A DNA stretch of 64,000 nucleotides, from NCBI GenBank assembly GCA_003345545.1, contig PRDH01000044.1:32001-96000 (forward strand), written 5' to 3'. Positions 37,577 through 47,807 of this stretch are shown here, one piece after another. Within the stretch, counting starts at the first letter, position 1. Every line of letters begins with the position of its first letter. The translations under genes were made by a program, and so were the position numbers. The DNA comes from Candidatus Thorarchaeota archaeon (GTDB taxonomy: Archaea > Asgardarchaeota > Thorarchaeia > Thorarchaeales > Thorarchaeaceae). The notes below the pieces were generated by a model. It saw nothing but the letters and a program-made list of their open reading frames with translations, searched no databases and was not told the origin of the DNA.

Positions 37577-37938
37577 TGTCTGAGGGTAAACAATCAGGTG
37601 AAGAAAACGAGCCAAAGGCAAAGGCCATCCACAGACTTGTGAGCAAGCTTACCAAGGAGATGCTGTGGATGTACATTTTGCGGCTTCTTCAAGAGAAACC
37701 TCACTACGGATACGAGATCAAGCGGCTTATTCGTGAGAGATTCGGTTTCTCACCCGCCACAGTTAGTGGCTACGCCATCATCTATCGTCTGATCAATGAT
37801 GGACTCATCGAAGAACAACAGCCTGACGACTCTCCACGGAAGTACTATGCCATAACAGAAAAAGGCAGTGCTGCAATGGTTGATGCGAAGGCTTTCCTTC
37901 TCAGGACCCTCTCTTTGGTCTTCGACAAGACGGACTAG
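37573..37938 (+). CDS. PadR family transcriptional regulator
   Basis: IL.LL.EKPHYGYEI, Y..IYRL...GLI, RKYYAITEKG. Confidence 0.92.
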   Translation: MMSEGKQSGEENEPKAKAIHRLVSKLTKEMLWMYILRLLQEKPHYGYEIKRLIRERFGFSPATVSGYAIIYRLINDGLIEEQQPDDSPRKYYAITEKGSAAMVDAKAFLLRTLSLVFDKTD

Positions 37939-37946
37939 AGGGGTAT

Positions 37947-38861
37947 CTATCTCGTTGATATATTATCAGCAATCTGAACCGCTCTCTTTTCGACTTTAGA
38001 ACGAATCAGACTGAAGTCCAGGCCTGATTTCTCAATTCTATGACTTGCCACTGCCGCCCCCAGAGCACCACAATCTGCAAGACTCCGCCCCTCCAAGAGG
38101 CCGGATGCGAATCCCCCAAGGTACGTCGCGCCTGCTTCAAGAGTGTCTTTGGGCTGAGTTGGATATATAGGGACAATCATGAACTTGCTACCGTCATAGA
38201 TGAGACTTCCATTCTTGCCCAGTGTTATGATACAGCAGTCTGCCAAGGACTCTACAAGCATCTCGGCAGCAAGGTACATGTCGGTTTCACCGGTGATGAG
38301 TGACGCCTCATGCTCATTTGGTTTGATGAAGTCCAAGAAAGAACGCGTTTTTTCAATCACATGCAGCTCAGATATGACTTTGAGTTTCATATCGACTCCA
38401 GCATCGAATAGCTGAGGGTCAAGCAGAATCGTGGCATCAGATGAGTTGCATATCCATTCAATCAGCTCTGCACCAATTTCCTGCAGAATTGGGGTCAGAA
38501 GAATAATGCGCGCTGACAGGAACTCATCAGGAATGTCCCGTATTCCAATTGGCTTGGGCACTCCGAGCACAGAAACGACGGAAGCATCAGGACCGCCATC
38601 ATATTCTATCTCGAAGCCACCGGTTTCAGGCGAATCAATTGGATAATATTCAGGAATCTGTAGCTCATCAAGTTGGGCCGCAAATTGCTCGCGGTACTGT
38701 GCACTGAGAGACCCGACAATTACCATGTTTTGAATACCTAGCTGAACTGCGCTTCTCGCGCTATATGCAGCAGGACCAGATAGAGAACGCCCATTGCCTG
38801 CCACAGACCTCCTCACAAATCGGTCAAAGGATGGACTACCAATCACAACAATATCATACAT
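37947..38861 (-). CDS. PfkB/ribokinase family protein with degenerate catalytic motif
   Basis: N-terminal VIG...D, KPNEHEA, ITLGKNGS, DTLEAGATY in place of DTxGAGD. Confidence 0.8.
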   Translation of the reverse strand: MYDIVVIGSPSFDRFVRRSVAGNGRSLSGPAAYSARSAVQLGIQNMVIVGSLSAQYREQFAAQLDELQIPEYYPIDSPETGGFEIEYDGGPDASVVSVLGVPKPIGIRDIPDEFLSARIILLTPILQEIGAELIEWICNSSDATILLDPQLFDAGVDMKLKVISELHVIEKTRSFLDFIKPNEHEASLITGETDMYLAAEMLVESLADCCIITLGKNGSLIYDGSKFMIVPIYPTQPKDTLEAGATYLGGFASGLLEGRSLADCGALGAAVASHRIEKSGLDFSLIRSKVEKRAVQIADNISTR

Positions 38862-39570
38862 CTAGTTTGTCACCCGATTCCGATGCAAGAATCACTTTGC
38901 GGGCATAGAGAAGCCTCTGTACCACCGTAATATGAGATAGAATCCCGACAATCACAATGCAGAGAGTCAGAATATTGGTGATGTCCAGAGCCACAAAGAA
39001 TTCAAGGAGTGTAGGCACCTGTGTCAGCAGGTCAATCCAGATATTAGTTGAGGGAAATGCAAGCAGAAGAATACCTGCGATTTGCAGTAGCAGCTTCTCT
39101 TGGCGCTCTGCGATTCCCACCGTACAGCTCTTCATGCCGCCCACGGATTCAGCTTTTGCCCGAGTGAAACTTGCCATTATCATGCCAAACAATGTGAAAA
39201 AGCCCCAGAACCATGGTATGAAACTGCCCCCAAGGGGATATGGCCATATAACTGCGACCGGACCCATCATGAGCCCAAGCATGAAGAGATACTCTGCATA
39301 GCGATCAAGAACGTGGTCAAAGGTCGCTCCGAATTTTGATGAGAGACCTGCAGCTCGGGCCACCGCTCCATCAAACATGTCCAAAACGACTGTCAGTATT
39401 AGGAACACTAGACCAAGGAGAAGGTATCCTTGATAGAATATCCATGCGGTAATCAGGGCAATGATTAGCGTGAAACCAGTGATCATGTTGGGTGTGATGC
39501 CTGTCTTGGCAATGACTCGACCGACTGGCATCATCGCACGCTGGTATCGTTCTCTGAGGCTTCCAAGCAT
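38854..39570 (-). CDS. CDP-alcohol phosphatidyltransferase (archaetidylinositol-phosphate synthase-like)
   Basis: ITPNMIT, LDMFDGAVARA...SKFGATFDHVLDRYAE, SF.RAKAES, ER.E; start 39570 or 39579. Confidence 0.88.
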   Translation of the reverse strand: MLGSLRERYQRAMMPVGRVIAKTGITPNMITGFTLIIALITAWIFYQGYLLLGLVFLILTVVLDMFDGAVARAAGLSSKFGATFDHVLDRYAEYLFMLGLMMGPVAVIWPYPLGGSFIPWFWGFFTLFGMIMASFTRAKAESVGGMKSCTVGIAERQEKLLLQIAGILLLAFPSTNIWIDLLTQVPTLLEFFVALDITNILTLCIVIVGILSHITVVQRLLYARKVILASESGDKLDV

Positions 39571-39659
39571 GGTTCTCATTTCCAAAATTCTGGTCAGAGC
39601 CCGCTGCAATTTGTTGTGCTAATAAACGTGTTGTGAAATGATCCTCAGAATGCGTCCCA

Positions 39660-41333
39660 TCAGAGAACGCTTCGAATCCGTTCTGCTACCCAATCATACC
39701 CAAGAAGGTTTAGAAATGAGCCTAATCGTGGACCGTATTTCCGTGAAGTGAGAACTCTGTACATCACTGCAAATGCACGTTTCTCCTTAAGACCAGCTTT
39801 TCTAGCCTGTTCAAAGACTTGACTCTGCAAGGTCTCATCATCGAGCTCATCACCTTCGAGAACAGACAGCATCGCAGACAGGAATCTCCTATCGTCTGCT
39901 GTCAGGCTTTCGATGACCTCTTTGGGAACTCTATCGGTGATCTCTATTCGGTCACTCTCAGAACCAAACTCTAAAGCCCAATTCCTAGCCATGTTCAGAC
40001 GGGCTTGAATTAACGCTTTTGCCTCTGGCGGAACCACCTCAAGTCCGTATTGCTTCTTCAAGACATGTTCACACCTACTCACGACTGCGGGCATACCCAG
40101 CAAGTCAACCGTTTGGGAGGTCATCACCGCGAATCTGAACGACAGCTTCGGAATGTACTCCTTGCGCAAAGGTCCAGTGACACAGAGAGGATAGAGGAGT
40201 CTAGCCAGCTCCCTCTTGTCATCAGTAGCATCTTCAATACCATAGTACACCCTCTCAAACCGTTCGTACTCGTCAATAAGCTCAGGAATTCTGTCGGGTT
40301 GGATGTTTATGGCACGAGAGAGATCTGTCTTCAGCATTAGATACCGGTATAGTTCAGGTGGAGCGATTTCCATCCAAGAACGCGGCGTGAAGACAATCCC
40401 TTCAGAGGTGCTCATGTCCCTCCCCCCAATACGAACCCACTCATAGGCAACCTTCACAGGACCCGGCCATTTGAAGACACGTCGAGAAACCTCAAGTCCA
40501 GTATCGTATGAACCACCCTTCACTGCATGATCTTTGCCTGCAGGTTCGCAGGTCACTCCTAAAACGTACCACTTTGCCGGCCAGTCAACCCGCCAGACAA
40601 GTTTGACGCGAACTTCAGTCAGTGGAAACTCTCCTGAAGTACCACAGGCTTTGCATTCAAAGGTCACTATATCTGTCTTCGGATTGTAACCAGTGATACG
40701 GTTTGGCGAGATTTGACCCTTTACGCCCGACTGCAATCTTCCACATTCTGGGCATACAACTGATGCAGGATACCAATCTTTCATTGATGTTGTGTACTCC
40801 TCTGATTGTTCTTCCTCAAAGTCGCCTGCGACAAATTCGACCATTATCTTACGTATTGTTTTGGTCTCTCGAAGGCAGGTTCTTACAACATCAATCATCT
40901 CAGGAGTTTCGTACAACTTGTGAGCCCATACGATATCGGGATCAACTCCGAAAGCAGGAAATGTCTCGATGAGCTCGTTTGCCCAATGATCTCCAAAGCT
41001 GTCGCAGCATCCAAACTCATCCGGGATGTCAGAGTATGGAACGCCAATCCAAGTTTCAAGAGGAAGACTGGTAGAGGGAGGCAAAGAGCGTAAGGGGTCA
41101 AAGTCATCGACGACAAAGACAGTTCTGGCTTTCTTGCCCATTCGTTTCAATTCGCGTTTAATGACGTCACATATTATCAATTCACGGACAATACCAATAT
41201 GGATGCTGCCACTTGGGCTCTTGCCAGACGAGATGATGTAAGTGTCAACATCACGTTCCAAGACTCTATTCACTACATCTCGTATCCAGTGTATCGAGAA
41301 TTCCTCTTCTTGTGGTTCTTCTGATGACATCAA
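39660..41333 (-). CDS. lysS: class I lysyl-tRNA synthetase
   Basis: HW, SPSGSIHIG, KLVWRVDWPAKW, EPAGKDH, MSTSEG (KMSKS-like), GPRLG. Confidence 0.95.
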   Translation of the reverse strand: MMSSEEPQEEEFSIHWIRDVVNRVLERDVDTYIISSGKSPSGSIHIGIVRELIICDVIKRELKRMGKKARTVFVVDDFDPLRSLPPSTSLPLETWIGVPYSDIPDEFGCCDSFGDHWANELIETFPAFGVDPDIVWAHKLYETPEMIDVVRTCLRETKTIRKIMVEFVAGDFEEEQSEEYTTSMKDWYPASVVCPECGRLQSGVKGQISPNRITGYNPKTDIVTFECKACGTSGEFPLTEVRVKLVWRVDWPAKWYVLGVTCEPAGKDHAVKGGSYDTGLEVSRRVFKWPGPVKVAYEWVRIGGRDMSTSEGIVFTPRSWMEIAPPELYRYLMLKTDLSRAINIQPDRIPELIDEYERFERVYYGIEDATDDKRELARLLYPLCVTGPLRKEYIPKLSFRFAVMTSQTVDLLGMPAVVSRCEHVLKKQYGLEVVPPEAKALIQARLNMARNWALEFGSESDRIEITDRVPKEVIESLTADDRRFLSAMLSVLEGDELDDETLQSQVFEQARKAGLKEKRAFAVMYRVLTSRKYGPRLGSFLNLLGYDWVAERIRSVL

Positions 41334-41378
41334 TGAGTCCTCGAATGTTCCCCCAAGCTAATGTCTAAAGAATCTTAC

Positions 41379-43232
41379 TCAAGATGAGAATTCTGACACC
41401 GTGACGTTATTTCTGGTCATAAAGAAGATGTATACAGGAATGGAGGATAGAAGAATGACAGCTATGATTGCAGCGAATAGCGCCAACATCGAGAGTGGGA
41501 GGTATGACAGAGTTGGCACCGCTGCTTCGGGGATGAGTGCGTAAACACTTAGTAAGGTCCCGACAATCAGTGCTGGAATGCCCGCACGCACTCCTACATC
41601 CAAACCCTCGGCTATCATTATTTTCGCGATGAAAGAGGGCTTTGCACCGATAGATTGCATGATAATGTAGTCTCTCAATCGACCAAATATCGAAACAAGC
41701 ATGTAGTTCATGAGAGCAAGGAACGCGCTCACCAGAGCCATGAGAGCAAGAGGATTCAGGAGAATCCATACTGCGTGTATAGCCTGTAGGTTCTCTTCAA
41801 GCACAGCCTGTTGAGTATAGATGCCTAGCCCATAGTTTTGAGCAAGGTCTTCGATTCGATTGAGTACTGTGTCATCATACGAATCGACCTGCACAAGGAG
41901 AAGATTGCAGCCTGTCACGCTGTAAAACTCCTGAAGCTTCGTCAGGCTTAAGATTGCCGTCATTCCTCCATTGAGTGTGTCAAAGGCTTGAGCACGGACC
42001 TCGAGGGGCTTGCCGGTAATAAGCAGTGACTGGACAAAAGGATCATCGAATAGCGTATTTGCTAGAGCCCCTCCAAGCCACACTTGCTGTGAGCTATTGA
42101 CTCTGAAGCCTTCGTAGTACCAGTCTGAGAGAGTTGATGTCCAATCAATGCCAACAAGTAGCGCCGAACCTTGTCGCTCTTGGCCGATTCTCTCATACTG
42201 CTGTAGCTCCTCATTCCATACTGTCCCCGGATGTTCCTGTACGTCGTCAAAGATAATGAGCCGCTGTTCCAATGCAGTGACTGCCAGATCGCCTTGAAGC
42301 TCAGTCACAAGCGAGTCATTAATCATATCAGTCGGAGCAAGGAAGTTGAACGAGCTGTTGAGGGCTGAACCATCGAATGAATATGCATCATAGTACTGGT
42401 TCAGCATGTCAGGATTGCCTACTGCTATGATATTAGTTCCCATAGAGCGCATCATGTATGATTGAGATGTGGTTTCAACAACGCCGCCTCCAATCCACAG
42501 AAGGGACGCAATTGTAAAACTGAGAAATAGGGAGAGAATGGTCCGCCTTGTTCCCTTGATGCGACGACCTATACCTTTTGACGCAATTCGGAAGCTAAGA
42601 CCTAATCCATCTAGGAATCCGGTTCTTCTGACGCGCGATCCCACGTCAGGATTGAGCGCGACTGAAGGTGATTCCTGAACAGTGTCGTAAATCGGTTTCT
42701 GAGAGGAAAAGTAACCTGCAAGGACATAGAAGGCAGCAAGAAACGCAAGCTGAAGCCAGGGAAACTCTAGGGTGAATTGTAGCCCAGGCATGACACCTGC
42801 AATCCAAATCATGCCTGCCAGATATAGGAGGGTGCCAAAAGCTAGGCCGAAAACGACACTCGCAAGAAGCACTATTACTGATTGGGCCATGAAGAAATCA
42901 AAGATTGAATCTATGAGTGTCCCCATTGCTTTCATGAGGCCAATATCACGACGGCGGGTGACCATTTCAAGAGATACAGTCGTCGAAACAACGACGGCAC
43001 CCAAAACAAAGACAAGCAGAAGAATCGACCAGATGAATGTGGAGAAGAGCATCCCCATTGATGACGAAAGGGCTCTAGCTAATGCAAAGGAATTCACATC
43101 GAGAAGGATATTGCCAAAGAGGAAGATGAATGTCGTAGACATCACAACACTGGTGAGGGATATCATAACAAGCACACTTCGGAATGGACGGCGTTTGAGA
43201 TCCTTTGATGCAAATCCTTGAAACTCAGACAT
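41379..43232 (-). CDS. FtsX/MacB-like ABC permease (two FtsX domains)
   Basis: RRRDIGLMKAMG and RLRDYIIMQSIGA motifs, large extracytoplasmic loop; ATG 43232 overlaps the ATPase stop. Confidence 0.85.
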   Translation of the reverse strand: MSEFQGFASKDLKRRPFRSVLVMISLTSVVMSTTFIFLFGNILLDVNSFALARALSSSMGMLFSTFIWSILLLVFVLGAVVVSTTVSLEMVTRRRDIGLMKAMGTLIDSIFDFFMAQSVIVLLASVVFGLAFGTLLYLAGMIWIAGVMPGLQFTLEFPWLQLAFLAAFYVLAGYFSSQKPIYDTVQESPSVALNPDVGSRVRRTGFLDGLGLSFRIASKGIGRRIKGTRRTILSLFLSFTIASLLWIGGGVVETTSQSYMMRSMGTNIIAVGNPDMLNQYYDAYSFDGSALNSSFNFLAPTDMINDSLVTELQGDLAVTALEQRLIIFDDVQEHPGTVWNEELQQYERIGQERQGSALLVGIDWTSTLSDWYYEGFRVNSSQQVWLGGALANTLFDDPFVQSLLITGKPLEVRAQAFDTLNGGMTAILSLTKLQEFYSVTGCNLLLVQVDSYDDTVLNRIEDLAQNYGLGIYTQQAVLEENLQAIHAVWILLNPLALMALVSAFLALMNYMLVSIFGRLRDYIIMQSIGAKPSFIAKIMIAEGLDVGVRAGIPALIVGTLLSVYALIPEAAVPTLSYLPLSMLALFAAIIAVILLSSIPVYIFFMTRNNVTVSEFSS

Positions 43233-43983
43233 TGTCGTGCAACTCTCCGGATTCCATCCTGAATCGACGAGCACCAGATTGATCTATGATTCGCTCGTCA
43301 TGTGTCATGATGATGACCGCTTTGCCTTCTTTGTTCAATTCCAGAAGAAGGTCCCTTACCATCTGACCACTCTCTCCATCCAAATTCGCAGTCGGTTCAT
43401 CAGCGAGAATTATGGGAGGGTCATTTGCCATTGCACGAGCAATTGCCACTCGCTGTTGTTCACCTGAACTCAGTTGCCACGGAAGATGATCCGCTCGATC
43501 GCTCATCTCAACGCGTTCCAGAAGGGCCATTGCCTCCGTTTCCAGCTCGTCCGAGCTCTTTGCTGAGAGCTGCATTGGAAACAGCACGTTCTCGATTGCA
43601 GTCAATGTCGATACTAGGTTATAGCTCTGAAAGATGAATCCAGTATTGCCCAATCTGAAAGATGACCTGAATGTCTCATCATAGTCATTGATTGGTACAT
43701 CCATTACGAACAACCGACCAGATGTGACTAAATCAATGGCTCCGATTATGTTCAATAGCGTTGTCTTACCTGATCCAGATCGCCCTGAGATTACCACAAG
43801 GTCCCCCAGCGCCACCTCCAGATTCACTCTCTTCAGGGCTTCGATCTCCTTTTTTCCGAGCCTGTAAGTTCGCGTGACATCGACAAGTTTCACAGCATGT
43901 TTGACTTTTGGAAAGTCGTCCTCGCTCAGGTCATCCTTTGCATAGTCGACAGCATCTTGGTGATCATCATCAACCATTGGCAA
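43225..43983 (-). CDS. ABC transporter ATP-binding protein (LolD-like)
   Basis: [35 protein letters not shown]. Confidence 0.95.
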   Translation of the reverse strand: MPMVDDDHQDAVDYAKDDLSEDDFPKVKHAVKLVDVTRTYRLGKKEIEALKRVNLEVALGDLVVISGRSGSGKTTLLNIIGAIDLVTSGRLFVMDVPINDYDETFRSSFRLGNTGFIFQSYNLVSTLTAIENVLFPMQLSAKSSDELETEAMALLERVEMSDRADHLPWQLSSGEQQRVAIARAMANDPPIILADEPTANLDGESGQMVRDLLLELNKEGKAVIIMTHDERIIDQSGARRFRMESGELHDNV

Positions 43984-44073
43984 TTCACCCGGTCATCCGG
44001 CTTCCAGTATCTCTGCTCTGGAAAGCACGTCTGGTCAGCATCTAGTTCCAAGATAAGCATAGAGTTCGGGCAG

Positions 44074-44877
44074 TTATTGTACTAGAATACCCATGCTGAC
44101 AAGAGTGGAGCGTGCCCAATCTGTGAGAATCACTGGCTTTTCACGACCAAAGACCTTGACTGATCTAAGGATGTCAGCTCTCAGGAGGCCGCTCGTGTAG
44201 TACGAAATCAAGCTCTTATCGACATCAAGAACCTTGCTGATCTCTGCCTGTGTTGTCTGCCCGTTCTTCATGCACTCAAAGAGAATCGATCCCACTGTAG
44301 GATTTCGTGAGAGTGCAGCTAGGAGAAGGACTCTATCCTCGGCTGAGAAGTCAGGGGGGAAGATATGACGGACATTGCCATACCTTATTGATACTACCTC
44401 ACGTGCGTCTTCCAAGCTCTTCAGATGATATTGGAGAGCACCCATTGCACATCCCAGGCTCCTGTGAAGCTGACGCAGATGTACACCCGGGTCAGCAGTG
44501 ACTTCCTCCACAATTCTATCTCGGAGTCTTAGAGCTCGACGATCTCTGGTACGCTCGAGCGATATTGTCCCAATAATCAATGCCCACAGCCCTACGTCAG
44601 CGGATGGAGGAGTCCATTGAGTCCAGAAGTCAAGCGTGCCTATGCCAGCCACCAGAAATGAATCAAGAGAGAAATTCATAGTGCCGCTACTGACTATGCT
44701 CAGGGCAAATCCAAGGTCTAAGACAGCCTGATTATTGTTCAATGTTGCGGGTAGAAAAGGAGCAACCGAGTCCGCATCGCCATAACTTGATTCTGACAGA
44801 GCAAACCCAACTACACTCCACGTGATAAGGAGAAAAGAGAGTCCAATGAGGAGTTTTCTAGCGACTTGGCTGCTCAT
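44074..44877 (-). CDS. membrane-anchored double winged-helix transcriptional regulator
   Basis: N-terminal hydrophobic segments; R..I...V...PG.HLRQL.R.LG...GALQYHL..LE; second HTH TQAEISKVL...KSLISYY. Confidence 0.8.
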   Translation of the reverse strand: MSSQVARKLLIGLSFLLITWSVVGFALSESSYGDADSVAPFLPATLNNNQAVLDLGFALSIVSSGTMNFSLDSFLVAGIGTLDFWTQWTPPSADVGLWALIIGTISLERTRDRRALRLRDRIVEEVTADPGVHLRQLHRSLGCAMGALQYHLKSLEDAREVVSIRYGNVRHIFPPDFSAEDRVLLLAALSRNPTVGSILFECMKNGQTTQAEISKVLDVDKSLISYYTSGLLRADILRSVKVFGREKPVILTDWARSTLVSMGILVQ

Positions 44878-44945
44878 GAGTCTTCTACCGCGAGATTGCT
44901 TATGATGATTTCGCAGTTAAAGAGTACGTTTGTTGAAAGGATGCA

Positions 44946-45503
44946 CTACGGAGTGACGCCTCGCGCTGGATATGTCAGTGTGATCTTGAAGGTGCATGTA
45001 TCGGCACCGGCAGACATGCAAGTATCCTCACTGACAATCAATTTCTCGTACTCAATTCTATTGAAGTCGGTAAGATACTCCAAGACTGCCTCTATGAAGC
45101 CTTTCAGAAAATAACAGGATGGCTCTTCGCTCTCATAACCGGAGGCATAGGGATTATCGCCAACTTCGATAATTGCTTCCTCGTCAAGCCACAACTTGTA
45201 CAACTTGGCTATTCTGATATCGCCAAAGGGAACGATGAGTGTTTCCAAAGCCATCTTGATGAACTCAACTATTCCTTTGAAATCACCAGGGGGCTTTTGC
45301 TTGCCTACCTTGAAGTACTCTCGTTGGGCCTCAAGACCTGCAAGTCGACCAGCTGAATAGTACAGGTCACGTACACGATCTGGGAACATGACTGCAATAC
45401 GACTGCCAATCTTGTTCCAAGTCTTGGCGAAAAACGCAGACATCAGATCACGATCTTTCAGCCGACCCTGCCACCAAGGAATCACTCTTTCCTCTTTTGA
45501 CAT
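44946..45503 (-). CDS. V4R domain protein
   Basis: LYYSAGRLAG helix; NPYA..PSCYFLKGFIE..EDTCMSAGADTCTF. Confidence 0.85.
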   Translation of the reverse strand: MSKEERVIPWWQGRLKDRDLMSAFFAKTWNKIGSRIAVMFPDRVRDLYYSAGRLAGLEAQREYFKVGKQKPPGDFKGIVEFIKMALETLIVPFGDIRIAKLYKLWLDEEAIIEVGDNPYASGYESEEPSCYFLKGFIEAVLEYLTDFNRIEYEKLIVSEDTCMSAGADTCTFKITLTYPARGVTP

Positions 45504-45564
45504 GTGAGAGTCCTCTAATGAACGATTCAGTATGAAACCGCGTTAAGTGCTTTGTTATAATCAG

Positions 45565-46038
45565 CTATGTGAGACGCACATTCCAGACACACATATTTGC
45601 ACCTGTTGCACGCGATTGCTCTTGGAAGACTTTGGCATCCACACCCTTGAACTGGAGTATGGACTCAAGTATACCACTGAAGACTTCGCAGTATCCAAAG
45701 CCACGCATACCCTCTAAATTGACGTCTTGACACCAAACACAGCTTTCGTCAGTGATGCGAACAGACCCACGTGCACTCTTCATATCCACATCATTCGGAC
45801 GTTTGTCGTACAGTGCCTTGTAGACTATCTCGATTAGCTTGGCAACATCCTCGCGCGTCGTGACACTGTCTTTAGTCTTTTCTACGATTTCAGTGTTGAG
45901 ATATATCTGTTGACCAATCTCATGACCCAAGTCACGGAGTTTCTGATTTGCTTCATCGATGTTGGATGTTTCAGAGAGCACACGATCTACGTAGTGCGCA
46001 TAGAGGCTGAGTAAAAGGGGGTTTTCTGTCTTTGGCAT
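45565..46038 (-). CDS. V4R/Bet3(TRAPPC3)-like protein
   Basis: ANQKLRDLGHEIGQQI; CVWC, YCEVFSGILE, GANMC; ATG 46038 after AGGTG. Confidence 0.75.
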   Translation of the reverse strand: MPKTENPLLLSLYAHYVDRVLSETSNIDEANQKLRDLGHEIGQQIYLNTEIVEKTKDSVTTREDVAKLIEIVYKALYDKRPNDVDMKSARGSVRITDESCVWCQDVNLEGMRGFGYCEVFSGILESILQFKGVDAKVFQEQSRATGANMCVWNVRLT

Positions 46039-46062
46039 CAGATTCGCACCTATCAATTACTA

Positions 46063-47049
46063 TTAGACAGTCTTGCCAATCATCTTCAGTCCAGCTTTTC
46101 TATACTTGGCAAGGATCTGAACAATCTTCGGGAAGGGAAGGTTCGCTTTCTCAGCTATTTGCTCGGGAGTCAGTCTTCCATCACACATTCTGATGATCTG
46201 GACGTCCTCGCCAGCAACTTTCGAGAGGTCACCCTCAAACCTGGGACACTTCACATACCTTCCTAGTTGAGGACCTGCGCTTGCCACTGAAGGGGCTTGT
46301 GGAACCTCATCCACTCGTGGTACGACGATTATGCCTCTTGTGGCGCTCCACTTAAGAAGATCAATTATCCTATCTGTCGGTTGAAACATCGAATCTGCAA
46401 TGGTGTTCACAGAGTTCCCTCCATCGACCAACATAAGCACGTCAAAGCCAAAATTGCGATAGAGACCCTTCATCTCCTTGTACAATGCAGAATCAAGTGA
46501 CAAAGAATTGCCGTACTCAGGACCTCTTCCGGGGACCGTCGTGGTGGTCACATTGAAGTCATTGACACTCAGTTGCTCTGGCACTTTGATGGGCACAACA
46601 GGAGCAGAACCCTCAGGGGAAGGAGCAGGTAGCGTAGTTGCCTCAACGGAAGCAGCCTTGACAGCAATGCTCTCAAGGACTTGAATATTCAACTCGGAGG
46701 ATTCCTCAAAGTCCTCGGGGGGCGGCGGCAGTTCAATACCTTCAAGAAGACGCAGGACATTCTTGGTCTTGGCAATAGCTAGTCCAAGCTGAAGTTCAGG
46801 AACGTATAGTACTGTCAATATCCAGTTTTCGTCAACAGGGGACAGGACAACGAGGCCTTTTTCGGTATCGATTGTCATTAGGCGAAGGTCCGCCTTGTAT
46901 AGCTTGATGCTGTCTTTCACTCGCGGGAACAGCTCGTCAGGAAATGCAAAACTTACAAATGGCCTGCCAATTTTCGTCATCAGGGAATATCCAAGAACCT
47001 GATCGTCGAATCTCAGTTTGGATAGGGCTTGCTCGAGATTTTTGGACAT
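46063..47049 (-). CDS. roadblock-like domain + Pro-rich linker + two winged-helix repeats (copy A)
   Basis: VLGYSLMTKIGRPFVS..GLVVLSPV..WILTVLY..LGLA; LVDGGNSVNTIAD and MCDGRLTPEQIAE; ATG 47049 after GAGGTG. Confidence 0.7.
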   Translation of the reverse strand: MSKNLEQALSKLRFDDQVLGYSLMTKIGRPFVSFAFPDELFPRVKDSIKLYKADLRLMTIDTEKGLVVLSPVDENWILTVLYVPELQLGLAIAKTKNVLRLLEGIELPPPPEDFEESSELNIQVLESIAVKAASVEATTLPAPSPEGSAPVVPIKVPEQLSVNDFNVTTTTVPGRGPEYGNSLSLDSALYKEMKGLYRNFGFDVLMLVDGGNSVNTIADSMFQPTDRIIDLLKWSATRGIIVVPRVDEVPQAPSVASAGPQLGRYVKCPRFEGDLSKVAGEDVQIIRMCDGRLTPEQIAEKANLPFPKIVQILAKYRKAGLKMIGKTV

Positions 47050-47225
47050 AGCACTACACCTCACGGACACTAGCCTGACCGAGAACTGCCCGTACAACCT
47101 CTACTCTCCAAAAGTTTTCTGAAAAGGATTGCGGTTGTGTTGTGGCTTTTCATAGTAAGAATCAATCAAAAACTGTTAAGAGGGGACCACCCACACGCAT
47201 GAAGACACTGTCAAGAGGAGATTCG

Positions 47226-47807
47226 ATGAGAAACCTAGTGGGCGGACTCTTAGGAATAGTCGTGGGTTCATGCGCATTTGTTGGTGTGACTGGACTTCTA
47301 CCGCCACAGCCAGCATACCCAGAACCATTCAATACGATATGGTTCATTCTAGATGGAAGTTGGTCACTTCAGTCCACCATCCAAGGGCTCTTCAATTACC
47401 CAACAGCAGCTGCATATCTGATATCATGGATCATAATCGGAATGATAATCGCACCTTTCTCACGGAAAGGATGGAATACTCTCCGATCGGCTTTATGGGT
47501 CGGAGTCTTTCTTGCCATCTTTGCTTTGATATCCCTGCTTTTGAAGAATCCGTCATTCTGGGATGTTGCCCTGAATCCGATGAGGAACTACGCTCTAGTA
47601 ATCCAGTTTGCCATGTCTATGGTTGCATCTCTCTTTGTCATGATAAGTGCTCTTCCAATTACCGCGGCTGTCGAGATGGTGCGGCGGACCGCAGAGCCAC
47701 CTATTCCAGGAAAGATCGAAACTGTATGCCAATGTGGCGCTGTCTTCAAATCAAATCCACTGATCTGTTCTGAGTGTGGTGCAATTCTCAGGAATTCAGA
47801 CGATTAG
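47226..47807 (+). CDS. membrane protein with C-terminal Zn ribbon
   Basis: ~4 TMs; CQCG..F.SNP.ICSECG; GAGGAG RBS. Confidence 0.78.
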   Translation: MRNLVGGLLGIVVGSCAFVGVTGLLPPQPAYPEPFNTIWFILDGSWSLQSTIQGLFNYPTAAAYLISWIIIGMIIAPFSRKGWNTLRSALWVGVFLAIFALISLLLKNPSFWDVALNPMRNYALVIQFAMSMVASLFVMISALPITAAVEMVRRTAEPPIPGKIETVCQCGAVFKSNPLICSECGAILRNSDD

